Source of the DNA: Kineococcus radiotolerans SRS30216 = ATCC BAA-149
GTDB taxonomy: Bacteria; Actinomycetota; Actinomycetes; Actinomycetales; Kineococcaceae
Assembly (NCBI RefSeq): GCF_000017305.1
Contig: NC_009664.2
Location: 4,560,001 to 4,592,000, forward strand
Direction of reading: 5' to 3'
Length of the DNA: 32,000 nt
Under the pieces are notes generated by a model. It was not told where the DNA came from. It ran no database searches and worked only from the letters and a program-made list of their open reading frames with translations. Made by a program: the position numbers and the translations under genes. Shown here piece by piece: positions 26,577 to 32,000 of the stretch (positions are counted from its first letter, which is position 1; every line of letters begins with the position of its first letter).

Positions 26577-26765
26577 ATGCGCTACCTGGCTCTGGGTGCT
26601 GTCGGCGGGATGGGAGCAGGCGCTCTTCTCACCCTTGTCTTCATGTGGAGCTCCGGCAGCACCTACGAGTGGGTGGACTCAGTGGTGGGCACGTCGCTGA
26701 TGGGCCTGCTGCCGGGGGTGGCTGTTGGGGCAATCGTCATGGTGAGGAAGGAAGACCGGCAGTGA
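26577..26765 (+). CDS. Small two-TM membrane protein (62 aa)
   Basis: MRYLALGAVGGMGAGALLTLVFMW...LMGLLPGVAVGAIVMV. GGAGG (26568-26572) lies 4 nt upstream of the ATG. Confidence 0.6.
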   Translation: MRYLALGAVGGMGAGALLTLVFMWSSGSTYEWVDSVVGTSLMGLLPGVAVGAIVMVRKEDRQ

Positions 26766-27088
26766 GGCTGCACGCCCCGGTGATGCTGTCGACCACCGCA
26801 GCGGGGGCGACTAGCTAACGCGCCGGCTGACGACCGTCGATCACCCGCTCGTCGGCAGATCCGGTAAGTCGGCGGGGTTACCTTCGTTCTGTCGACGATC
26901 GGTGATCAGGACCCAGCCTGGGCGCTCATGGAGCTGAGCGGCGTAGCCCAGCAACAGGTGATGCTCGCCAGCTACCCCTGGCCCGACCTGCGTTGCAGAC
27001 GGACAGCGAGCGGTCGATGTCTCATCGATGAGTTCGGGCGGCGGTGACAGTCCCATCGTCGACACGCACCATCGACGAGGAGGACACC

Positions 27089-27538
27089 ATGGCGACCCGT
27101 CCCATCGAGAAGGAGATCGACGTCGACGCCCCACGCGAGCGGGTGTGGGAGGTCCTGACCGGCGAGGCCACGTACCGGCGGTGGAGCGCGGAGTTCGCGG
27201 AGGGCTCCTACGCCGAGACCGACTGGCAGCAGGGCAGCAGCGTCCGGTTCCTCGGCCCCGACGGGACTGGGTTGGTCGGCCGGGTCCTCGTCAGCCGGCG
27301 CCCGGAGCTCCTGGACATCGAGTACACCGGCGTCGTGGGTGGTGGTCGCGACGACACCGAGAGCGAGCAGGCGCGCTTGTGGTCGGGGACGCACGAGATG
27401 TACCGCCTGGCCGAGGCGGGCGGCGGGACGCTCCTGGCGATCTCCGCTCCGATGGAGGAGGCCTACTACGACGAGATGGTGGGGGCGTGGGACCGTGCGC
27501 TGGCCGTGGTCAAGGAGCTGAGTCGAGGAGCTGGCTGA
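27089..27538 (+). CDS. SRPBCC/AHSA1 (Aha1-like START fold) family protein
   Basis: MATRPIEKEIDVDAPRERVWEVLTGEATYRRWSAEFAEGSYAETDWQQGSSVRFLGPDG. GAGGAGG (27077-27083) lies 5 nt upstream of the ATG. Confidence 0.8.
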   Translation: MATRPIEKEIDVDAPRERVWEVLTGEATYRRWSAEFAEGSYAETDWQQGSSVRFLGPDGTGLVGRVLVSRRPELLDIEYTGVVGGGRDDTESEQARLWSGTHEMYRLAEAGGGTLLAISAPMEEAYYDEMVGAWDRALAVVKELSRGAG

Positions 27539-27564
27539 GGTTTACCCGACCACGCACCATCCGC

Positions 27565-27632
27565 AGGATGACCGTGCGGTGGTGCGGTGGTGCGGTGGTG
27601 CGGTGGTGCGGTGGTGCGGTGGTGATCCAGTG
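27565..27632 (+). repeat. Interspersed element: core AGGATGACCGTG and inverted arm GGTGATCCAG, with the 8-bp array between the arms
   Basis: Exact 11-mer GGATGACCGTG, 27 nt after the SRPBCC stop. The minus strand reads CTGGATCACC at 27632-27623. Confidence 0.7.
27574..27624. repeat. 8-bp tandem array (GTGCGGTG) x6 plus a partial copy, non-coding
   Basis: Six identical units at 27574-27621, then GTG. The array starts inside the element copy at 27565 and ends at GGTGATCC, the inverted arm of the same element. Confidence 0.97.
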
Positions 27633-27767
27633 CCTGTCGAGGCGTCTCCTCGCCGCGAGTCGCTGGTGCCGTCACCCTGGTGCGCGGTCCGCACGGGGCT
27701 GGCATGGGGAAGCGGAGGTGCGGTGAGCGGGAGGTCGACGAGAGGACCTGCGTGGGCGCGCAGGTCC

Positions 27768-27995
27768 ATGATCGCCAGCGCGGTCCTCGCCGCTCTTGGT
27801 CTGGTCAGCGCGGTGTTGCTCTTCCTGCAGCCGTGGGCGTCCTGCCCAGGAGTCGACGACAGCTCGGCCGGCTGCCCGGTGGAGGGTGCACAGGTCGTCG
27901 TTCAGCAGATCGCCGTGCTGGTCCTGGTGGTCGGGGTGCTGGGTCTGGTGGCGTCTTCTCTGGCTCGTGCTGGGTGGCGCTCGATCCGTGGCTGA
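27768..27995 (+). CDS. Small two-TM membrane protein with an extracytoplasmic Cys pair (75 aa; 90 aa if GTG 27723 is used)
   Basis: MIASAVLAALGLVSAVLLFLQPWASCPGVDDSSAGCP...IAVLVLVVGVLGLVASSL. The alternative GTG 27723 follows GGAGG (27714-27718). Confidence 0.55.
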   Translation: MIASAVLAALGLVSAVLLFLQPWASCPGVDDSSAGCPVEGAQVVVQQIAVLVLVVGVLGLVASSLARAGWRSIRG

Positions 27996-28051
27996 GCTGC
28001 GCCCGGGTTCGCTGCTTCGTGGACTGCGGGGTTGGTGACGTTCTGGCCAGC

Positions 28052-28095
28052 GGGATGACCGTGACGTCGGGATCGCGGTCGGATGAGTGTCCGGG
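28052..28095 (+). repeat. Interspersed element copy (GGGATGACCGTGACGTCG) followed by two degenerate direct copies
   Basis: Exact 13-mer, 57 nt after the upstream stop. Followed by GGGATCGCGGTCG (28069-28081) and GGATGAGTGTCC (28081-28092). Confidence 0.8.
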
Positions 28096-28168
28096 GTGGT
28101 CCGTCAGGCAATCGGCACCACGACGAACGGGGGATGGAACCGGGTGCCACGGTGGAGAGGGTCGATGC

Positions 28169-28393
28169 ATGACGCAGCGACGCACTCAGCAGCAGACGGT
28201 GGTCTGGGCGGAGAAGCTTCAGACGTGGATCGCCCTGGCGGTGATGTTCCTGGCGATCTCGTCGCCGCAGTGGGTCGTGGCTCTGAGCGGAGAAAAGGCC
28301 TTGGCCTACGTCTCGGCGACGGCCTTCACCTTCGTGGCGGCCCTGTTCGCTGCGTACGCCTGCCGGCGCGCCCGGCGCCGCTCTCAGCGCTGA
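28169..28393 (+). CDS. Small two-TM membrane protein (74 aa)
   Basis: MTQRRTQQQTVVWAEKLQTWIALAVMFLAISSPQWVVAL...AYVSATAFTFVAALFAAYACRRARRR. GGAGAGG lies 8 nt upstream of the ATG. Confidence 0.6.
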   Translation: MTQRRTQQQTVVWAEKLQTWIALAVMFLAISSPQWVVALSGEKALAYVSATAFTFVAALFAAYACRRARRRSQR

Positions 28394-28414
28394 GTGCATC
28401 GGCACGCGGACGGC

Positions 28415-28431
28415 GGGATGACCGTGAAGCC
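28415..28431 (+). repeat. Interspersed element copy (GGGATGACCGTGAAGCC)
   Basis: Exact 13-mer, in the convergent gap: 22 nt after stop 28393 and 90 nt before the MerR stop. Confidence 0.8.
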
Positions 28432-28520
28432 GATAGCGGTCGCCTGCAGAGCGGGGCTGGCCGCTGGAGCAGTGCGTTCAGCGCAGCGAGCAGGAGACAC
28501 CGTGCCTGGTTCGACGCAGG

Positions 28521-29435
28521 TCACTCCCGGGCGGCGATCTCCGCGGCTAGTTCCATGCACCGCAGGCGGGCCGGGGAGAAGTCGTAAGGCATCTTCGCCA
28601 CGGCTTCGAGCACGTTCATGGCACCTCGTCCCCGGCCGGTGCTCAGGTCGTCCTCGTCCTCACCGTCCTCACCGTCGTCAGCGGCAGCAGGGTGCAAGGC
28701 GTCCCAGGAGTCGAAGAGCGCTTCGTCGCTGCGCGCCAGGCCGGAGTCCTCGATGACGGCGAGCAGCACCAGCTCGAAGGCGTGCCGTTCGGCGGCCACC
28801 TGAACCACGCGAGGGTCCTCGACGTCGACCGTGTCGTCGAGCGCCTCCTCGGCGCCATCGACGCGGTCGGACTCCTCCCGCAGGTGCGGGTGGGTGGCCA
28901 GGGCGATGAAACGGCCGGCTTGAACGGCCGCACCCAGCGGGCCAAAGATCCGCTCGGTAACCAGCAGGGTGTCCAGGTCGCCCTGGCGCAAGGAGCCCTC
29001 GGGCACATCCTCCAGTCGGCTAGCGACGAAGTCGGAGAGCAGCCCCGTCCTGCTGCCCCGGGTGCGCATGCGTTGCACGGCGCTGCGCTGCCGCTGCAGC
29101 TCCGCCTCCCGGGCAGCGATGGTGCTCTCCAGCCGCTCCAGGACGCCGGCGACGTCCTGGTCGCTGCCGGCACCGGCACCGGCGGGAGCACCGCCGGTGT
29201 CGGCGAAGGCGTCACGGATGTCGTCTAGGGCGATCCCGGCCTCGGCCATCCTGCGGATCCACAGCAGCCGGATCACCTCGTCGTAGCCGTAGCGGCGGCG
29301 GCCGTCGCTGCCCCGTTCGGGCTCGGGCAGCAGGCCGATCTGGTGGTAGTGCCGGATCGCGCGCGGTGTGGTGCCCGCGAACGACGCCGCGTCACCGATC
29401 TTGACCCGACGCGGCGGGGTGAAAGACGAGTGCAC
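28521..29435 (-). CDS. MerR-family transcriptional regulator with a long C-terminal effector-type domain
   Basis: KIGDAASFAGTTPRAIRHYHQIGLLPEPERGSDGRRRYGYDEVIRLLWIRRMAEAGIALDDI is a MerR HTH. GTG 29435 is preceded by GAGGAAGG. The ORF is open to 29543. Confidence 0.8.
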   Translation of the reverse strand: MHSSFTPPRRVKIGDAASFAGTTPRAIRHYHQIGLLPEPERGSDGRRRYGYDEVIRLLWIRRMAEAGIALDDIRDAFADTGGAPAGAGAGSDQDVAGVLERLESTIAAREAELQRQRSAVQRMRTRGSRTGLLSDFVASRLEDVPEGSLRQGDLDTLLVTERIFGPLGAAVQAGRFIALATHPHLREESDRVDGAEEALDDTVDVEDPRVVQVAAERHAFELVLLAVIEDSGLARSDEALFDSWDALHPAAADDGEDGEDEDDLSTGRGRGAMNVLEAVAKMPYDFSPARLRCMELAAEIAARE

Positions 29436-29538
29436 GAGCGGGGCCTTCCTCTGGGGGGCGGGACGTGGTCCACCCGACCACGTGACGCTGCGGAAGGTGC
29501 AAGTTCCAGCACTGCGCCCGGCACTCGGCCCCGCACGC

Positions 29539-29560
29539 GTCACGGTGATGATCGTCCCGG
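29539..29560 (-). repeat. Possible inverted, insertion-bearing element copy (minus strand GGGA[CGATCA]TCACCGTGAC)
   Basis: Once the 6 inserted nt are removed it matches the B-type core GGGATCACCGTGA. Lies about 105-125 nt upstream of the MerR start. Confidence 0.35.
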
Positions 29561-29581
29561 CGCATCGCTCGTGAGGCTAGG

Positions 29582-29623
29582 CGGCGCTGGCCCGGCTGGA
29601 TCCGGCGCTGGCCCGGCTGGATC
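29582..29623. repeat. Perfect 21-bp tandem duplication (CGGCGCTGGCCCGGCTGGATC x2) in the divergent MerR/membrane-gene intergenic region
   Basis: The units at 29582-29602 and 29603-29623 are identical. A partial GGATCGG follows. Confidence 0.95.
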
Positions 29624-29649
29624 GGATCGGTCAAGGGCTCGCGCACCGC

Positions 29650-29696
29650 GGGATGACCGTGACGTCGTTTTCGCCGCGGACCTGGTCGGTGATCCC
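29650..29696 (+). repeat. Interspersed element: complete palindromic unit (plus-strand GGGATGACCGTGACGTCG and minus-strand GGGATCACCGACCAGGTC)
   Basis: Exact 13-mer on the plus strand. The outer arms GGGATGACCG / CGGTGATCCC pair at 9 of 10 positions. Lies 13 nt upstream of the membrane-gene GTG at 29709. Confidence 0.85.
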
Positions 29697-29708
29697 TACG
29701 GTGGTCTC

Positions 29709-30335
29709 GTGCGAAAGGTCCCCCGACTGCTCAGCTGCCTGCTCGCCGGCGCTGCCTTCGGGGTGCTGGACTCACTGGTCAACCACGGCTCCTTCGTCGC
29801 TGACCCCGCCACCATCACGGCAGGTCAGCAGGTGGCGCGCTTCTCCAGCTACCTGCTGAACGCGGGGTGGGCGTGGGCTGCGCTGCCGGTGTTGGCCGGC
29901 TGGTGGGCCACGACGCGGCTGATGGGCGCGGTCGCAGGGTGGGTGAGCGTGTCCGCGGCGGTGGTGGCCTACTACGTCAGCGACAGCCTGGTGCGCGACG
30001 AGCCGTTCTCCTACTACACCGCAGAGATGGTCCTGTGGCTGGCGGCGTGTCTGCTGCTGTGCGCGCCGCTGGGACTGAGCGGGGCGTGGTCTCGACGCCG
30101 GGACCGGTGGGGGCTGGTGGCCGGGCTCGTCGTGCCTCTCGGGGCGGCGGTGCAGATGGCGGTCCTACCACCGGGCCTGGACGGGGTGATCGTGTACCCG
30201 CAGGCGGTGTGGGCGCGGTGGACGGTGTGGGTGGTGGCGGCGGCGGCGGCGGCGGTGAGTGCGGCGCTGCTGCTGCGGCGCTGGAGACGCTTTCGAGTGC
30301 GCGGCGCTGCGGCTGACGTCGGTGCCCTGTGGTGA
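29709..30335 (+). CDS. Multi-pass membrane protein (about 6 TM), divergent from the MerR gene
   Basis: VRKVPRLLSCLLAGAAFGVLDSL..., WAWAALPVLAGWWA, GAVAGWVSVSAAVVAYYV, MVLWLAACLLLCAPLGL, WGLVAGLVVPLGAAV, WTVWVVAAAAAAVSAALLL. The GTG 29709 start is inferred. Confidence 0.6.
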   Translation: MRKVPRLLSCLLAGAAFGVLDSLVNHGSFVADPATITAGQQVARFSSYLLNAGWAWAALPVLAGWWATTRLMGAVAGWVSVSAAVVAYYVSDSLVRDEPFSYYTAEMVLWLAACLLLCAPLGLSGAWSRRRDRWGLVAGLVVPLGAAVQMAVLPPGLDGVIVYPQAVWARWTVWVVAAAAAAVSAALLLRRWRRFRVRGAAADVGALW

Positions 30336-30435
30336 CGGGCTGGGTGCTTGCCATGGCCGGGGTGTTCGGTCCTGGTGGTGCGGCTTACCAGTGGCGGAGG
30401 TCGGTGCCGGCTCAGCGGTCGGTTCCGCGGCCGGC

Positions 30436-30789
30436 TCAGCGGCGCCCCAGCACGCTGAGCAGCACCATTGGTACGCACAGCACGGTTTGTGGAACAGCGA
30501 CCAGCAGCACGCTGACGCGTACGGCGGCGCGTTGCCGGGCGGCGATGGCGGCGGTCACCGCCGTCGGGGTGCACGCGGCTGCCGCGGCCATCAACACCAG
30601 CACGGCAACGGGGACGGCGCCAGGGTCGAAGACCGGCCACATCACGGCCGAGAAGAAGACCGGTACGGCGATTACCAGCAGGCCACCGCCGATGCCGGCA
30701 GCCAACAACGAGGCCTTGGCATTGTCGGCCAGGTTCAGGTGGTGATCGCTCACCTGCTCAGGATGCCGCCGCCACGGGGACTCGCGCAT
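30436..30789 (-). CDS. Three-TM membrane protein (117 aa from ATG 30789)
   Basis: ASLLAAGIGGGLLVIAVPVFFSAVMW, AVPVAVLVLMAAAAA, VSVLLVAVPQTVLCVPMVLLSVL. The ORF is open to 30846. Confidence 0.5.
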   Translation of the reverse strand: MRESPWRRHPEQVSDHHLNLADNAKASLLAAGIGGGLLVIAVPVFFSAVMWPVFDPGAVPVAVLVLMAAAAACTPTAVTAAIAARQRAAVRVSVLLVAVPQTVLCVPMVLLSVLGRR

Positions 30790-30867
30790 CACCTTCGGTG
30801 GTCTCACTCGGTGTGGACATCGCCACGAGCGCGAAGTCGCAGCCAATTGTAGTCACGCCCGTATCGC

Positions 30868-30910
30868 GGGATGACCGTGAGGTTGGGCTGAGGTCGGGGG
30901 CGGTGAGGCC
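30868..30910 (+). repeat. Interspersed element copy (GGGATGACCGTGAGGTT) with a weak inverted arm CGGTGAGGCC
   Basis: Exact 13-mer, between two co-directional minus-strand genes. It contains three TGAGG(T/C) boxes at spacings of 12 and 14 nt. Confidence 0.8.
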
Positions 30911-30930
30911 TGCATGTTGATGGGACGCGC

Positions 30931-31770
30931 TCAGGCGAGCGACAACGTCTGCACCGCCTGGGAGCCGTCTCGGTAGGTGACGTCGACGTCCACGCCGTGG
31001 ACGGCGTCGAGGAGTTCATCGCCGGGGAACCACAAGGCGAACCGTCCCGCGTTGACAGTGGCGGTCACGTCCCCGTTCGAGGCGCTGCGGTAGACCACCC
31101 CCGTGACGTCATCTCCGGCGAAGCCAGCAGCCACCGACAGCTCTCCGGCGTCGAGGCTGCCGGTGCCCAGATCGGTCGCGCTCAGCTCCCGAGGCCCGGG
31201 AACCGGCACGTCAGGGACACCGATGGAGCCGAACACGTCGCCGGCGAAAAGTGCGCGCGAGTCGTCGGTGATGCACAGCGCCGAGAAGCCGTCTTCTCCG
31301 GTCAGCATCACGGTGGACCATTCCCCTCGGCGCTCGGCGACTGCGACCGCGGCGCCGGCCAGTTGGGGGTAGCGGTCGGCGAAGCCGTCGCTGCTCTGCT
31401 GCTCACGGCAACTGCTCGCCGCGGCGGCGCTGTCGGCGGCGCTGAGGCCAGCCGGGGCCGCGGTCCAGCTGGCGTAGGCACGGTCCCCGCCGAAGGGGGA
31501 GGGCAGGACGAAGACACCGGCGGTGGCTGCAGCTACCAGGCCTGCCGCTAGGACGATGCGCCGGCCCGTGCGCGGGCCCGTGCGCTGCCCGGTGCGCCGA
31601 TCGGGGACGGCGAGGGAACCGGGCAGGTCGCTGGTCAGGATGCGGTCCAGGTCGGCGCGGGCGCGGGCTGCGCCCCTGGAGTCGTCGTCGAGGTGGTCGA
31701 TGGGCGGAGCGGCGTCCAGCGTGCGCAGGGCCGTCTCGATGTCATGGGTCTTGGCGTCGGTGCGGGTCAC
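30931..31770 (-). CDS. Single-TM protein co-translated with the ECF sigma factor (putative anti-sigma or sigma-associated protein)
   Basis: GTG start overlaps the sigma gene's stop (GTGA at 31767-31770). Cytoplasmic N-terminus, TM segment IVLAAGLVAAATAGVFVL, and an extracytoplasmic C-terminal domain. Confidence 0.55.
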   Translation of the reverse strand: MTRTDAKTHDIETALRTLDAAPPIDHLDDDSRGAARARADLDRILTSDLPGSLAVPDRRTGQRTGPRTGRRIVLAAGLVAAATAGVFVLPSPFGGDRAYASWTAAPAGLSAADSAAAASSCREQQSSDGFADRYPQLAGAAVAVAERRGEWSTVMLTGEDGFSALCITDDSRALFAGDVFGSIGVPDVPVPGPRELSATDLGTGSLDAGELSVAAGFAGDDVTGVVYRSASNGDVTATVNAGRFALWFPGDELLDAVHGVDVDVTYRDGSQAVQTLSLA

Positions 31771-32000
31771 GGGATGCTCCTGAAGGCGGGGTCGGCGGAC
31801 GGTCGCCGACTGGTGAGCGGGGGGTGGTCCAGGTGCAGGCGCAGAGCGCGCCGGGCTCGGCTCAGCCGTAGGCGGAAGGCCACCGCGGAGATGCCCAGCA
31901 CGCTCGCGGCGCGGGAGGAGTCCAGACCGTCGAAGACGACGAGGCTGAGAGCTTCCTGGTGGACCGCCGACAGCCGTTGCCAGGCGCGGGTCAGGTCGAC
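31767..32000 (-). CDS. ECF-type sigma-70 family sigma factor, C-terminal region 4 only (5' end outside window)
   Basis: The minus frame from the window edge reads VDLTRAWQRLSAVHQEALSLVVFDGLDSSRAASVLGISAVAFRLRLSRARRAL, a region 4.2 HTH. Confidence 0.7.
   Translation of the reverse strand, partial: VDLTRAWQRLSAVHQEALSLVVFDGLDSSRAASVLGISAVAFRLRLSRARRALRLHLDHPPLTSRRPSADPAFRSIP

Noticed and set aside
26841-27134. 97-aa minus-strand ORF, and possible collapsed element arms at 26826-26850 and 26900-26914.
   Set aside because: The ORF overlaps the well-supported SRPBCC start and is Arg/Pro-rich at its N-terminus. The arm-like sequences (GACGACCGTCGATCACCC and CGGTGATCaggaCCC) are too diverged to call.
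28052-28069. The element considered as a conserved start of translation (ATGACCGTG = Met-Thr-Val) or a small uORF.
   Set aside because: The ATG is in frame with the downstream gene in only 2 copies (23807, 28055). It is out of frame at 27568 and 29653, absent at 26476 (ATC), and many copies have no downstream co-oriented gene.
23804-30884. The element considered as a SigB/SigF-type (GGGTAT-like) or ECF-type promoter.
   Set aside because: GGGATG is a poor match to GGGTAY. The upstream -35 positions are not conserved across copies. Conservation extends about 12 nt past the putative -10. About half of the copies face the 3' ends of convergent genes.
23478-30910. The interspersed element considered as integron attC sites or a cassette array.
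   Set aside because: No intI-like integrase is in the window, and no RYYYAAC/GTTRRRY core pairs are present. Arm structure is visible in only some copies. The idea is kept as a loose analogy inside the main finding, not as a call.

Overview
Very high-GC (about 70%+) chromosomal DNA, most likely from an actinobacterium. Supporting signs are frequent GTG starts, ATGA/GTGA stop-start overlaps, an LAxTG sorting signal and GAF-ANTAR and ECF-sigma genes. I can support about 33 protein-coding genes, 3 pseudogenes and one ~1 kb decayed stretch. I recognise no rRNA, tRNA, CRISPR array, transposase or integrase.

Layout:
- 0-2.2 kb: a surface-protein pair.
- 3.2-12 kb: a dense c-di-GMP signalling cluster (GGDEF-EAL, PAS-GGDEF, EAL-CBS, PBP-GGDEF) plus a roadblock/LC7 protein and a DUF1059 protein.
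- 12-19 kb: a GAF protein, a decayed epimerase, DUF4287, an HTH / PEP-utilising enzyme / 218-aa operon, and a GAF-ANTAR regulator.
- 19-23.4 kb: an OYE flavoreductase, a haloperoxidase-type hydrolase, and a tandem paralog pair in which one copy is frameshifted.
- 23.4-32 kb: an islet of small membrane-protein genes, two SRPBCC genes, DUF4166, a MerR regulator and an ECF sigma/anti-sigma pair.

Two sequence-level phenomena stand out:
1. An interspersed, partly palindromic element with core GGGATGACCGTGA(S)GTC. It has five exact 13-mer copies plus at least 6 close variants. It occupies nearly every intergenic gap from 23.4 to 30.9 kb.
2. An unusual density of perfect short tandem arrays with units of 6, 8, 10, 12, 15, 21, 24 and 63 bp. 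Several lie in non-coding DNA directly next to or inside copies of that element.

All functional calls come from reading the translations and motifs by eye. No database search was possible.
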